Origin: Escherichia phage ECML-363
Length of the DNA stretch: 64,000 nt
Strand: one strand, 5' to 3'
Sequence record: OL631483.1
Below the pieces are notes generated by a model. It saw only the letters and a program-made list of their open reading frames with translations, ran no database searches and was not told the origin of the DNA. How positions within the stretch are numbered: position 1 is the stretch's first letter; each line of letters opens with the position of its first letter. This document shows, in pieces, positions 9,493 through 20,507 of the stretch. A program made the translations under genes and the position numbers.

Positions 9493-10242
9493 ATGGCAAA
9501 CATTATTCGTTGTAAATTACCTGATGGTGTTCATCGTTTTAAACCATTTACGGTAGAAGATTATCGAGATTTTTTGTTAGTTCGAAACGATATAGAACAT
9601 CGGTCATCACAAGAACAAAAAGAAGTAATTGCTGATTTAATTGCTGATTATTTTGGAGACTATCCAAAGACTTGGCAACCATTTATATTTTTGCAGGTAT
9701 TTGTAGGTTCAATAGGTAAAACTAAAGTACCAGTCACATTCATATGTCCAAAATGTAAAAAAGAAAAGACAGTTCCATTTGAAATATATCAAAAAGAATT
9801 AAAGGAACCTATTTTTGATGTAGCTAATGTTAAAATTAAATTAAATTTTCCTTCTGAGTTTTATGAAAATAAAGCAAAGATGATTACTGAAAATATTCAT
9901 TCTGTTCAAGTAGATGAAATGTGGTATGATTGGAAGGAAATTAGTGAATCAAGTCAAATAGAACTTGTTGACGCCATCGAGATAGAAACATTAGAAAAAA
10001 TTCTCGATGCAATGAATCCTATTAATTTAACATTGCACATGTCGTGTTGTGATAAGTACATTAAAAAATACACTGATATAGTAGATGTGTTTAAGCTATT
10101 AGTTAATCCAGATGAGATATTTACTTTTTATCAAATTAATCACACGCTTGTAAAAAGTAATTATAGCTTAAATTCAATAATGAAAATGATTCCTGCCGAG
10201 CGCGGATTCGTATTAAAACTGATTGAGAAGGATAAACAATAA
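9493..10242 (+). CDS. 51: Baseplate hub assembly protein gp51
   Basis: 249-aa ORF; length and position match T4 gene 51. Confidence 0.85.
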   Translation: MANIIRCKLPDGVHRFKPFTVEDYRDFLLVRNDIEHRSSQEQKEVIADLIADYFGDYPKTWQPFIFLQVFVGSIGKTKVPVTFICPKCKKEKTVPFEIYQKELKEPIFDVANVKIKLNFPSEFYENKAKMITENIHSVQVDEMWYDWKEISESSQIELVDAIEIETLEKILDAMNPINLTLHMSCCDKYIKKYTDIVDVFKLLVNPDEIFTFYQINHTLVKSNYSLNSIMKMIPAERGFVLKLIEKDKQ

Positions 10243-11414
10243 TGAGTATGTTGCAACGCCCCGGATATCCAAATCTCAGCGTTAAATTATTTGAGAGTTA
10301 TGACGCTTGGAGTAATAATAGATTTGTTGAATTAGCTGCTACTATTACCACATTAACTATGCGTGACTCTCTTTATGGTCGAAATGAAGGAATGCTACAA
10401 TTTTATGATTCTAAAAACATTCATACAAAAATGGATGGAAATGAAATAATTCAGATTTCTGTAGCTAATGCAAACGATATTAATAATGTTAAAACACGAA
10501 TTTATGGATGCAAGCATTTTTCCGTGTCAGTAGATTCAAAAGGCGATAACATCATTGCTATTGAATTGGGAACTATTCATTCTATAGAAAATCTTAAATT
10601 TGGTAGACCATTTTTCCCTGATGCCGGTGAATCTATAAAGGAAATGCTTGGCGTAATTTATCAAGATCGTACATTATTAACTCCAGCGATAAATGCTATT
10701 AATGCTTATGTTCCTGATATTCCATGGACTAGCACATTTGAAAACTATTTGTCATATGTAAGAGAAGTTGCTCTAGCGGTAGGAAGCGATAAGTTCGTAT
10801 TTGTATGGCAAGACATCATGGGAGTTAACATGATGGACTATGATATGATGATAAATCAAGAACCATATCCAATGATTGTAGGTGAGCCAACTTTAATAGG
10901 TCAATTCGTCCAAGAATTGAAATATCCATTAGCATATGATTTTGTTTGGTTGACTAAATCAAACCCGCATAAACGTGATCCAATGAAAAATGCTACTATC
11001 TATGCTCATTCATTTTTAGATTCTTCATTACCAATGATTACTACAGGAAAGGGTGAAAACTCTATTGTAGTGTCAAGGTCAGGTGCTTATTCTGAAATGA
11101 CTTATAGAAATGGATATGAAGAAGCTATTCGTCTTCAGACTATGGCGCAGTATGATGGTTACGCTAAATGTTCTACTGTCGGTAATTTTAACTTGACTCC
11201 TGGCGTTAAAATTATTTTTAATGATAGTAAAAACCAATTTAAAACAGAATTTTACGTTGATGAAGTTATTCACGAATTATCAAATAATAATTCCGTAACT
11301 CATCTTTATATGTTCACTAATGCAACGAAACTGGAAACAATTGACCCAGTTAAGGTTAAAAATGAATTTAAAACTGATACTACCACTGAAGAAAGTAGTT
11401 CTTCCGATAAGTAA
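10242..11414 (+). CDS. 27: Baseplate hub protein gp27
   Basis: 390-aa [53 protein letters not shown]... Confidence 0.95.
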   Translation: MSMLQRPGYPNLSVKLFESYDAWSNNRFVELAATITTLTMRDSLYGRNEGMLQFYDSKNIHTKMDGNEIIQISVANANDINNVKTRIYGCKHFSVSVDSKGDNIIAIELGTIHSIENLKFGRPFFPDAGESIKEMLGVIYQDRTLLTPAINAINAYVPDIPWTSTFENYLSYVREVALAVGSDKFVFVWQDIMGVNMMDYDMMINQEPYPMIVGEPTLIGQFVQELKYPLAYDFVWLTKSNPHKRDPMKNATIYAHSFLDSSLPMITTGKGENSIVVSRSGAYSEMTYRNGYEEAIRLQTMAQYDGYAKCSTVGNFNLTPGVKIIFNDSKNQFKTEFYVDEVIHELSNNNSVTHLYMFTNATKLETIDPVKVKNEFKTDTTTEESSSSDK

Positions 11415-11895
11415 TAAAGAAGTTTCTATTCCTAAGATGGGTCTTAAACATTATAACATTTTAAAAGATGTTAAAGGTCCTGATGAAAATTTAAAGCTTC
11501 TTATTGATTCTATTTGTCCAAATTTATCACCGGCAGAAGTTGATTTCGTTTCTATTCATTTGCTAGAATTTAATGGAAAGATTAAATCTCGTAAAGAAAT
11601 AGATGGTTATACTTATGATATTAATGACGTTTATGTATGTCAAAGATTGGAATTTCAATACCAAGGAAATACATTTTATTTTAGACCTCCTGGAAAATTT
11701 GAACAATTTTTAACTGTAAGCGATATGTTATCCAAATGCTTGCTTAAGGTCAATGATGAAGTTAAAGAAATTAATTTTCTTGAGATGCCAGCATTTGTTT
11801 TAAAATGGGCAAATGATATTTCTACAACTTTAGCAATTCCTGGCCCTAATGGTCCAATAACCGGAATTGGCAATATTATTGGATTATTTGAATGA
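11362..11895 (+). CDS. 28: Baseplate hub distal subunit gp28
   Basis: Track ORF over-extended; internal ATG at 11362 gives 177 aa ([11 protein letters not shown]...), overlapping end of gene 27 as in T4. Confidence 0.8.
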   Translation: MNLKLILPLKKVVLPISNKEVSIPKMGLKHYNILKDVKGPDENLKLLIDSICPNLSPAEVDFVSIHLLEFNGKIKSRKEIDGYTYDINDVYVCQRLEFQYQGNTFYFRPPGKFEQFLTVSDMLSKCLLKVNDEVKEINFLEMPAFVLKWANDISTTLAIPGPNGPITGIGNIIGLFE

Positions 11896-13664
11896 AAAAG
11901 CCACAAGAAATGCAAACGATGCGTAGAAAAGTTATTTCAGATAATAAACCAACACAGGACGCGGCTAAATCCGCTTCTAATACTTTATCTGGTCTTAATG
12001 ACATTTCTACAAAATTAGATGATGCTCAAGCTGCTTCTGAATTAATAGCTCAGACTGTTGAAGAAAAATCAAATGAAATAGTTGGAGCAATTGATAACGT
12101 TGAAAGCGCAGTAAGTGATACTACTGCCGGTTCTGAGTTAATTGCTGAAACTGTTGAAATTGGAAACAATATTAATAAAGAAATCGGTGAATCGCTCGGA
12201 AGCAAATTAGATAAATTAACAAGTTTACTGGAACAAAAAATTCAGACAGCTGGAATTCAGCAAACTGGAACGAGTTTAGCAGTAGTCGAAAATGCTATTC
12301 CTGTTAAAGTCGTCGAGGATGATACAGCTGAATCTGTGGGTCCTTTATTACCGGCTCCTGAAGCAGTTAATAATGATCCTGATGCTGATTTTTTCCCTAC
12401 TCCTCAGCCAATTGAACCAAAACAAGAGTCTCCAGAAGAGAAGCAAAAAAGAGACGCATTTAACTTAAAATTATCTCAAGCTTTAGATAAATTAACAAAG
12501 ACAGTTGATTTCGGATTTAAGAAATCTATTTCAATTACTGATAAAATATCTAGCATGCTATTTAAGTATACCGTCAGTGCTGCTATTGAAGCTGCAAAAA
12601 TGGTTGCATTGATAATGGCTGTTGTTATTGGAATAGACCTGCTGATGGTTCATTTTAAATACTGGTCAGATAAATTTTCAAAAGCCTGGGATTTATTTAG
12701 CACTGATTTTACTAAATTCTCTAGCGAAACCGGAACATGGGGTCCTTTATTACAGAGCATCTTTGATTCTATTGATAAAATTAAACAACTTTGGGAAGCT
12801 GGAGATTGGGGCGGATTGACAGTAGCTATTGTTGAAGGGCTTGGAAGTGTTCTTTATAATTTAGGAGAGCTTATTCAATTAGGTATGGCTAAATTATCTG
12901 CAGCAATTCTTCGAGTCATTCCTGGCATGAAGGATACTGCTGATGAAGTAGAAGGAAGAGCATTAGAAAATTTCCAAAATTCTACTGGAGCATCTCTTAA
13001 TAAAGAAGACCAAGAAAAAGTAGCAAATTATCAAGATAAACGAATGAATGATGATCTTGGCCCAATAGCAAAAGGATTAGACAAAATTGCGAACTGGAAA
13101 ACTCGTGCATCTAACTGGATTCGTGGTGTAGATAATAAAGAAGCATTGACTACTGACGAAGAACGTGCAGCAGAAGAAGAAAAATTAAAACAACTTTCAC
13201 CGGAAGAAAGAAAAAATGCTTTAATGAAAGCTAATGAAGCTCGTGCTGCGATGATTCGTTTTGAAAAATACGCTGATTCAGCTGATATGAGCAAAGACTC
13301 GACAGTTAAATCAATTGAAGCTGCTCATGAAGACCTTAAAAAACGAATGAATGATCCGGATTTAAATAATTCACCAGCAGTTAAAAAAGAACTTGCTTCT
13401 AGATTTGCTAAAATTGATGCCACTTATCAAGAGCTCAAGAAAAATCAACCTGAAGCAAAACCTGAAACTTCTGCTAAATCACCAGAAGCAAAACAGGTCC
13501 AGGTGATTGAAAAGAACAAAGCACAACAAGCTCCTGTTCAACAAGCATCTCCTTCAATCAATAATACTAATAATGTTATTAAGAAAAATACTGTCGTTCA
13601 TAATATGACACCTGTCACAAGCACAACTGCTCCTGGTGTATTTGGTGCGACGGGAGTTAATTAA
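11892..13664 (+). CDS. 29: Baseplate hub / tail length determinator gp29
   Basis: 590-aa ORF, extended helical-repeat rich protein; ATGA overlap with gene 28. Confidence 0.95.
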   Translation: MKKPQEMQTMRRKVISDNKPTQDAAKSASNTLSGLNDISTKLDDAQAASELIAQTVEEKSNEIVGAIDNVESAVSDTTAGSELIAETVEIGNNINKEIGESLGSKLDKLTSLLEQKIQTAGIQQTGTSLAVVENAIPVKVVEDDTAESVGPLLPAPEAVNNDPDADFFPTPQPIEPKQESPEEKQKRDAFNLKLSQALDKLTKTVDFGFKKSISITDKISSMLFKYTVSAAIEAAKMVALIMAVVIGIDLLMVHFKYWSDKFSKAWDLFSTDFTKFSSETGTWGPLLQSIFDSIDKIKQLWEAGDWGGLTVAIVEGLGSVLYNLGELIQLGMAKLSAAILRVIPGMKDTADEVEGRALENFQNSTGASLNKEDQEKVANYQDKRMNDDLGPIAKGLDKIANWKTRASNWIRGVDNKEALTTDEERAAEEEKLKQLSPEERKNALMKANEARAAMIRFEKYADSADMSKDSTVKSIEAAHEDLKKRMNDPDLNNSPAVKKELASRFAKIDATYQELKKNQPEAKPETSAKSPEAKQVQVIEKNKAQQAPVQQASPSINNTNNVIKKNTVVHNMTPVTSTTAPGVFGATGVN

Positions 13665-13672
13665 GGAATAAT

Positions 13673-14767
13673 ATGGCAATTGTTAAAGAAATAACTGCTG
13701 ATTTAATTAAAAAGTCCGGTGAAACAATTTCAGCCGGACAGAGTACTAAATCAGAAGTAGGAACTAAAACATACACAGCCCAGTTTCCAACTGGGCGTGC
13801 TAGTGGTAATGACACTACAGGGGACTTCCAGGTAACAGATCTATATAAGAATGGATTATTATTTACTGCATACAATATGTCATCTAGGGATTCTGGAAGT
13901 CTTAGAACGATGAGATCTAACTACTCTTCTTCATCTTCGAGTATTTTACGTACAGCCAGAAACACTATCAGTAATACAGTATCAAAACTATCAAATGGAC
14001 TAATATCAGATAATAATTCAGGAACAATAAGTAAAGTTCCTGTTGCAAATATTCTTTTACCTAGATCTAAATCTGACGTCGATACGTCATCACATAGATT
14101 TAATGATGTTCAAGATAGTCTTATTACAAAAGGCGGAGGTACTGCTACTGGTGTGCTAAGTAATATGGCTTCAACTGCAGTATTTGGTGCGCTTGAAAGT
14201 ATAACACAAGGAATAATGGCTGATAATAATGAACAGATCTATACAACAGCTAGAAGTATGTATGGCGGTGCTGAAAATAGAACAAAAGTGTTCACCTGGG
14301 ATTTGACTCCGCGCTCAACAGAAGATTTAATGGCTATTATTAATATCTATCAGTATTTTAACTATTTTTCTTACGGTGAAACTGGTAAATCTCAATATGC
14401 TGCTGAAATAAAAGGATATTTAGATGAGTGGTATCGTTCTACATTTATTGAACCATTAACGCCAGAAGACGCGATTAAAAACAAGACGTTATTTGAAAAA
14501 ATGACATCGAGTTTAACGAACGTTCTTGTAGTTTCAAACCCGACAATTTGGATGGTGAAAAACTTTGGTGCAACTTCTAAATTTGATGGAAAGACTGAAG
14601 TATTCGGTCCATGCCAAATACAGAGTATTAGATTTGATAAAACACCAAATGGTAACTTTAATGGATTAGCTATTGCTCCTAACCTTCCAAGTTCTTTTAC
14701 ACTCGAGATTACTATGAGAGAGATTATTACGTTAAACCGTGCTTCTTTATATACGGGGACTTTCTAA
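13673..14767 (+). CDS. 48: Baseplate tail-tube junction protein gp48
   Basis: 364-aa ORF; size and order (29-48-54) as T4. Confidence 0.95.
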   Translation: MAIVKEITADLIKKSGETISAGQSTKSEVGTKTYTAQFPTGRASGNDTTGDFQVTDLYKNGLLFTAYNMSSRDSGSLRTMRSNYSSSSSSILRTARNTISNTVSKLSNGLISDNNSGTISKVPVANILLPRSKSDVDTSSHRFNDVQDSLITKGGGTATGVLSNMASTAVFGALESITQGIMADNNEQIYTTARSMYGGAENRTKVFTWDLTPRSTEDLMAIINIYQYFNYFSYGETGKSQYAAEIKGYLDEWYRSTFIEPLTPEDAIKNKTLFEKMTSSLTNVLVVSNPTIWMVKNFGATSKFDGKTEVFGPCQIQSIRFDKTPNGNFNGLAIAPNLPSSFTLEITMREIITLNRASLYTGTF

Positions 14768-15732
14768 TGTATTCTTTAGAGGAATTTAATAATCAAGCAA
14801 TAAACGCAGACTTCCAACGTAATAATATGTTCAGCTGTGTTTTTGCTACAACTCCATCAACTAAAAGTTCATCGTTAATAAGCTCAATTAGTAACTTTGC
14901 TTATAATAACTTGGGTCTAAATTCAGATTGGTTGGGATTAACTCAAGGTGATATTAATCAGGGAATTACCACGCTAATTACCGCTGGCACACAAAAACTG
15001 ATAAGAAAATCAGGGGTTAGTAAATATCTTATTGGTGCCATGAGTCAACGTACAGTTCAAAGTTTATTAGGCTCATTTACAGTTGGTACATATTTAATTG
15101 ACTTCTTTAACATGGCATATAACTCATCTGGATTGATGATATATTCTGTAAAAATGCCAGAGAATAGATTATCCTATGAAACTGACTGGAACTATAATTC
15201 TCCTAATATTCGTATAACTGGAAGAGAATTAGACCCTTTGGTTATTTCATTTAGAATGGATTCAGAAGCTTGTAACTATCGTGCAATGCAAGACTGGGTT
15301 AACGCCGTTCAAGACCCAGTAACTGGATTGCGTGCTTTACCGCAAGATGTCGAGGCAGATATTCAGGTCAATCTTCATTCTCGCAATGGATTACCACATA
15401 CTGCGGTGATGTTCACTGGCTGTATTCCAATATCTGTGAGTGCTCCTGAGTTATCATATGATGGAGATAACCAAATAACTACATTTGATGTTACTTTCGC
15501 TTATAGAGTCATGCAGGCTGGAGCAGTTGATAGACAAGCTGCCCTTGAATGGCTTGAATCTGCTACTATAAATGGTATTCAAAGCGTTCTCGGAAATAGT
15601 GGAGGTGTTACTGGACTATCTAATTCGCTTTCACGACTTAGTAGATTAGGGGGAACTGCAGGAAGCATTTCAAATATTAATACTATGACAGGAATTGTCA
15701 ACTCGCAAAGTAAAATATTAGGAGCAATATAA
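14767..15732 (+). CDS. 54: Baseplate tail-tube initiator gp54
   Basis: 321-aa ORF; size and order as T4. Confidence 0.95.
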   Translation: MYSLEEFNNQAINADFQRNNMFSCVFATTPSTKSSSLISSISNFAYNNLGLNSDWLGLTQGDINQGITTLITAGTQKLIRKSGVSKYLIGAMSQRTVQSLLGSFTVGTYLIDFFNMAYNSSGLMIYSVKMPENRLSYETDWNYNSPNIRITGRELDPLVISFRMDSEACNYRAMQDWVNAVQDPVTGLRALPQDVEADIQVNLHSRNGLPHTAVMFTGCIPISVSAPELSYDGDNQITTFDVTFAYRVMQAGAVDRQAALEWLESATINGIQSVLGNSGGVTGLSNSLSRLSRLGGTAGSISNINTMTGIVNSQSKILGAI

Positions 15733-15734
15733 CA

Positions 15735-15762
15735 ATGGGGACCGAAAGGTCCCCATGTTTTT
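15735..15762. terminator. Bidirectional hairpin terminator between gene 54 (+) and alt.-3 (-)
   Basis: ATGGGGACC-GAAA-GGTCCCCAT followed by TTTTT. Confidence 0.7.
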
Positions 15763-16051
15763 ATTTACGGAATGAAATAAAAGCAGCAACTGAAGAAACA
15801 GAGGTTTCTTCAATATAAACCTCAATTTTTACCGGAGCTTCTGACTCAAATTTACCTGTTACTACACCCTGAAAAATACTTTCAGTCTGTTCTGGCTTTG
15901 AAAAATTTTCAGAAGGAAAAATTCCAAACTTTTTATCGGTTCCGAAAATTTTAATAAATTCATCGTAAACTGCTTCATTAAAAGCATTATCAGCAGGAAT
16001 AACGCCTTCAACTACAAGTTCTTGACCTAAAAAGCGCAAAGAAGATTTCAT
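15761..16051 (-). CDS. Hypothetical protein (T4 alt.-3 position)
   Basis: 96-aa ORF with GAGG SD, directly downstream of an early promoter module. Confidence 0.7.
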   Translation of the reverse strand: MKSSLRFLGQELVVEGVIPADNAFNEAVYDEFIKIFGTDKKFGIFPSENFSKPEQTESIFQGVVTGKFESEAPVKIEVYIEETSVSSVAAFISFRK

Positions 16052-16082
16052 TTTGTGTTCCTCATGTTATGTCAGTAAGACT

Positions 16083-16112
16083 ACTATAACACAACACGAG
16101 GGACTTGTAAAC
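16083..16112 (-). promoter_or_regulatory. T4-type early promoter (GTTTACA -17 bp- TATAGT)
   Basis: Minus-sense GTTTACAAGTCCCTCGTGTTGTGTTATAGT; ~50-bp module nearly identical to the one at 31858-31909. Confidence 0.6.
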
Positions 16113-18169
16113 TACATTTTGAACTTTTTAGACATTCCGTTAATGTTAACCAAAGAAGCTAAGATTTGAGAAACTTCGTTTTCCTCTTCTTTTGATTCTT
16201 CTACAAGGAATTGATTAAATCCAGCCATTGGACGAACTTCACCAGTTTCCATTAGATGGTCGCCATCATATACTGATTCTTCTAATTGTTCAGAAGGAGG
16301 AACGATTGTACCTTCGATTAGATACTTGTTATAAGCAGTTTCTTTCATAAAGTAAGTACTTACTTTATTAATCTTCAGTAAAATTCCACGTGGTAGAATA
16401 ACTTCAGCTTCTGATGGAAATCCTGATAAATGACCCGGAACGATAACTTTAACTCGTTCAGCTCCTTTAATTACCATACCCACGCTAGTTTCAGCATCTT
16501 CATTAGCATATGTAGAATGACTACCCATATGCATCAAATCTTCTGCATCAACGGAACCTTCTCCTTCACCAGAAAATACTGCTCCGGAATCATCTAAGGC
16601 CATATAATTTTTACCATACTCACCAAAGATATTTGGTTTAAGTGATGTCGATACGAAGTTCTTGAAATAGAACATTTTATTTTCAATGTTATGACGCAAA
16701 GTTTTAAAAGTAACTTCTTGTCCACGGTAAAGTGTAGTTCCTGGAGGAAGAACTGAACCTTTAACGAATGCAGAATCAAGCGTCTCAATATGTTTAATAG
16801 CTCGTTCCATATATTCTTCACGGGTAGAATCTGGTTTACCCAAAAGGAACGAGTTCATTTCAACATATGAATCTGCGCAATAATCTTCAATTACGTCAGA
16901 TTCAGCCTGAGTTAATCCTTTTGGAGTTACTTCGGTGCTTGCATATTCATACGCCTGAGCAGCGGATTCATCAATTAATTTATAAATGCCATTCATGACA
17001 AATTGAATAATAGCTGTCTTTTCATCTGGCGTAGCTTTAGAACCTTTAACTAAATCATTGACAATTTTCTTAATAACATCAAAGCTATTAGAAATATTAA
17101 TGTCAGCAAGATCGCTTAAAATTTTATCAGTTTTGTAATTAAAGAAGTCTTTATTCTTTAAATATTCCTGGGAACCTTGATATGATGTATCGCTCTGCAA
17201 CTTGATAGATGGATCGCGTAAACGTGCATGGGCTAATGCAATATGATTTCGGAAACTTTCTAGTTCATAATCGCTAGATTTAAAACGAGAAGCACTTCTC
17301 ATACCGCCGATAGCTCCTTTGCTAAAGTTTGAACCAATCTGAATAACGCCAGAGTTCATTGGTCCTTCTGCTTTATATACCGGAACTTTAGATTCAAACT
17401 CTTGATATTTCTTAGCAGCGAAGCTATCACCCTGAAGTGAAGCATCAACAGTAGAATATTGAGCTTGTGCTGCTAATCGACGACTAATTTTAGTTTTCTG
17501 AATAACAGCTTGATCCGTACGCTTATCATTTTCTAAAGCAATAGAAGCAGCAACTGCGACAGCTTTAGGAACAGCATTACCTGTTTTAACGTCTACATAA
17601 ACATCACCAACCTTTGATTCAACTTTTGTGAATAACTCAGTTGAAATAGGAGGTACACCTGGAATGTCTTCTAAATTGGCATTTTTACGGTAAACCATAA
17701 TATATGCATATTTCTTATCATAGTCCCAGATTTCCTTTAAAAGAACATATCGACCTGCTCCTTTAGTACGTACTAAACGGTCAGCAATAACTTGCATTTG
17801 ACGAGCAGCGCCATTTGTTTTACTTTTTAGTACGCGGAATAGGCATGCATCAATTTTATACTGTTTCATTGTTTGAAGAGCAGTATCAAAAACCGCATTA
17901 ATGACACCAATTGGATTTCCACCCAAGTTTTTAAGCTTGACTAATGATAATTTCTCGTTGACACCTATCATTACGATATGCATCATTTTGTCGCCTGGCT
18001 TAACGTTTTTATTCGTATCACCGCCAGAGGTGTATGTACAAAATCGAAATCCAGGAAGAACGCTTTCTTCACCGGCTTGAATAGCAAAAATTTGAGGTAT
18101 TTTATGCTTAGGATTTAAGTTAACAACCGGCGCCGAAGCGCCGTCAAATAATTCTGTAATAAGTTCCAT
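16112..18169 (-). CDS. Alt-like ADP-ribosyltransferase, second paralog
   Basis: 685-aa ORF; N-terminus MELITELFDGASAPVVNLNPKHKIPQIFAIQ... parallels Alt; R-S-E ART motifs present (TLYRGQ, FVSTSL, SEAEVILPRG). Confidence 0.85.
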   Translation of the reverse strand: MELITELFDGASAPVVNLNPKHKIPQIFAIQAGEESVLPGFRFCTYTSGGDTNKNVKPGDKMMHIVMIGVNEKLSLVKLKNLGGNPIGVINAVFDTALQTMKQYKIDACLFRVLKSKTNGAARQMQVIADRLVRTKGAGRYVLLKEIWDYDKKYAYIMVYRKNANLEDIPGVPPISTELFTKVESKVGDVYVDVKTGNAVPKAVAVAASIALENDKRTDQAVIQKTKISRRLAAQAQYSTVDASLQGDSFAAKKYQEFESKVPVYKAEGPMNSGVIQIGSNFSKGAIGGMRSASRFKSSDYELESFRNHIALAHARLRDPSIKLQSDTSYQGSQEYLKNKDFFNYKTDKILSDLADINISNSFDVIKKIVNDLVKGSKATPDEKTAIIQFVMNGIYKLIDESAAQAYEYASTEVTPKGLTQAESDVIEDYCADSYVEMNSFLLGKPDSTREEYMERAIKHIETLDSAFVKGSVLPPGTTLYRGQEVTFKTLRHNIENKMFYFKNFVSTSLKPNIFGEYGKNYMALDDSGAVFSGEGEGSVDAEDLMHMGSHSTYANEDAETSVGMVIKGAERVKVIVPGHLSGFPSEAEVILPRGILLKINKVSTYFMKETAYNKYLIEGTIVPPSEQLEESVYDGDHLMETGEVRPMAGFNQFLVEESKEEENEVSQILASLVNINGMSKKFKM

Positions 18170-18172
18170 GAT

Positions 18173-20266
18173 TTATCCTTGAACGAACTTGTAAGGCATG
18201 TTTGTAATATCTATGCAAGACGCAATAATTCCAAGAGATGATTCTACTTTCTGTTTAATATTTGATGAAACAAATGATGCAAAGTCAACTCTGTCTTCTA
18301 TTTCAATATCACCTGTCATTGCAACCAATTCACCAGTTTCCATTAAATGGTCTCCATCATAGATTACCGATTCGGTGAGCTCTTCCGTGGTCATAACTTC
18401 AGCTTGAATGAGTTTTGTATTATTAGATGTTGTTCCGTCATTATTAGAAGCATCAGTTATTTTATTAACCTTGACCATCAATCCGCGTGGTAGAATAACT
18501 TCAGCTTCTGTTGCTATTCCGAGACTTCCTGGATATACAACATTAACTTTATGAGCTCCATCAATTGCCCATCCTATTTGAACTTTAACATATTCAGGAT
18601 TTTCTTTATACGCTCTTATTTCGTTTGGATTAATAGTTATTCCTTCTTCATTTTTATCAACTGTTAATTCGTTACGAGCTTCTGGTTCTAAAAGACCAAT
18701 ACCAGCATGTGTGATTCCAAAACGTCCAAAAATGATAGGAGTTAAAGAAGTAGATACAAAATTTCTGAAGTAGAACACTTTATTTTTAACTAACGCTTCA
18801 TATATAGGAGCAGTCATACTTTGAGCACGATAAACTGTAATGCCTTCTGGTATACGGTCACCATTTTCAAAAGCTGAATCTAAGTTATTTATAGCAGATT
18901 CAATTTCTTTTTCACTCATTACATCATATCGTTCTGGATTGTAACGACCTAAAAGAAGATTATTGATGTCAGTATATCCTGAACCGCAATATTCTCTAAT
19001 GCCACGCTTTTGTGATGGAGTATATTTAGAACCATCGCGGGCAATAGTAATATCAATCATTGGACCAGCACCAATTCCAGAAAAACTGTAAATCATTCGT
19101 TTGAGGAATTTAGTTTTTGCTGCGTTCCAGGAATTTTTAGTTATTTCTTCCCAGACTTCATCTGGTTGTCCTTTACGATTTTTATTATGATTAGCAAGCC
19201 ATTTATCTTTATAATCTTCAAAGAATTGATTTACAGCTGCTGCGTATTTCTCTAAACATTTTATTGAAGTAGTTGGTTCATTTTTAATTGCATTAAAAAT
19301 TACTTCTTTAATTTTTTCTGAAACTTCACCGACTTGACTCATTGGAAAGAATTTATAATCATAGTGAAGTTCATCTGCCGTTCCTTCAGCAATAATTTTT
19401 GCTGCCTTTGTTTTAGAAGCTAATGAATTAATTCCAATTTTCATTTCTTCTGCTTCGGGAATTAAAGGTGCAGTAGCTGGTTTATTAAAATTAGCTGCTG
19501 TAGATTCATACTTCTGGAATAATTCACTTTCAAATCTAGAAGATTCCAATGACTGACTTTGTGCAATTGCTCTACGGGAAATTTTAACTTTAACGATTAC
19601 GGCTTGGTCAGAACGTTTATCATTTTCTTGTGCAATAGATGCAGCAATTGCCTCATTTTTGGTTACTTGAGCTCCAGTATCTTTATTGATATAAACATCA
19701 CCGACCTTCGATTCAACTTTAGTAAAAAGCTCGGTGCTAATTTCTGGAACTCCTGGAATGTCTTCTAGTGATACATTTTTACGATGTATAAGAATATATG
19801 CATACTTTTTATCGTAATCCCAGAGTTCCTTAAGAAGGACGTATCTGCCACCTGAACGACTGCGGATGAGTCTATCAGCAATAAGTTGAATTTGTCGAGC
19901 TTGACCGGCGGTTTTAGACTTAAGAATACGAAGCATGCAGGCATCAATTTTATATTGACGCATTGTTTGCATTGCAACAGTAAAAACTGAATTGATATAA
20001 TTAATCGGGCTTGGACCAAGACCTTTTAATTTAGCAATTGAACCTTTAGCAGTTAATGTAAAAGGAACAATGTGCATCATTTTATCGCCCATCTTTAAAT
20101 CACGATTAGTATCACCTCCAGATGTATAGGTACATAAACGAAAGCCTGGTTGTTCAATTGCATCATCAACATGAACTGAAAAAATTTGTGGTATTTTCTT
20201 CTTTGGATTTAAGTTTGTAATCGGAAGAGTAGTATCTTCGTCAAATAATTCTGTAATGAGTTCCAT
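18173..20266 (-). CDS. alt: Alt ADP-ribosyltransferase (head-packaged, modifies host RNA polymerase alpha)
   Basis: 697/698-aa ORF MELITELFDEDTTLPITNLNPKKKIPQIFSVHVDDAIEQPGFRLCTYTSGGDTNRDLKMGDKMMHIV...; ART motifs TVYRAQ, FVSTSL, TEAEVILPRG. Confidence 0.9.
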   Translation of the reverse strand: MELITELFDEDTTLPITNLNPKKKIPQIFSVHVDDAIEQPGFRLCTYTSGGDTNRDLKMGDKMMHIVPFTLTAKGSIAKLKGLGPSPINYINSVFTVAMQTMRQYKIDACMLRILKSKTAGQARQIQLIADRLIRSRSGGRYVLLKELWDYDKKYAYILIHRKNVSLEDIPGVPEISTELFTKVESKVGDVYINKDTGAQVTKNEAIAASIAQENDKRSDQAVIVKVKISRRAIAQSQSLESSRFESELFQKYESTAANFNKPATAPLIPEAEEMKIGINSLASKTKAAKIIAEGTADELHYDYKFFPMSQVGEVSEKIKEVIFNAIKNEPTTSIKCLEKYAAAVNQFFEDYKDKWLANHNKNRKGQPDEVWEEITKNSWNAAKTKFLKRMIYSFSGIGAGPMIDITIARDGSKYTPSQKRGIREYCGSGYTDINNLLLGRYNPERYDVMSEKEIESAINNLDSAFENGDRIPEGITVYRAQSMTAPIYEALVKNKVFYFRNFVSTSLTPIIFGRFGITHAGIGLLEPEARNELTVDKNEEGITINPNEIRAYKENPEYVKVQIGWAIDGAHKVNVVYPGSLGIATEAEVILPRGLMVKVNKITDASNNDGTTSNNTKLIQAEVMTTEELTESVIYDGDHLMETGELVAMTGDIEIEDRVDFASFVSSNIKQKVESSLGIIASCIDITNMPYKFVQG

Positions 20267-20289
20267 CATATCCTCTCTAGTGTTTATTC

Positions 20290-20297
20290 TATTTATA
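20290..20297 (-). promoter_or_regulatory. Late promoter TATAAATA (minus strand) upstream of alt
   Basis: Plus-strand TATTTATA = minus-sense TATAAATA ~25 nt upstream of alt ATG; adjacent GGCC-CGAA-GGCC hairpin at 20303-20318. Confidence 0.55.
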
Positions 20298-20318
20298 AAA
20301 TTAAAGGCCCGAAGGCCT

Positions 20319-20507
20319 TTAATAATCTATTGGTAATAGAGTACGATATATTTCAAACTTTGGACCTTTTTCATAAGCATCAAAAGTTTCTGTGAATTTA
20401 TTATAAGCATATGCATCTATAAATTCAATCATGATTTGCGATACAGAAGTAGAAACATCTCCACCTTCTTTTTGAGCCACGACAATTGTTTCTAAGTAAG
20501 CTTTCAT
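20319..20507 (-). CDS. Hypothetical small protein between DNA ligase and alt
   Basis: 62-aa ORF overlapping ligase stop by ATGA. Confidence 0.5.
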   Translation of the reverse strand: MKAYLETIVVAQKEGGDVSTSVSQIMIEFIDAYAYNKFTETFDAYEKGPKFEIYRTLLPIDY

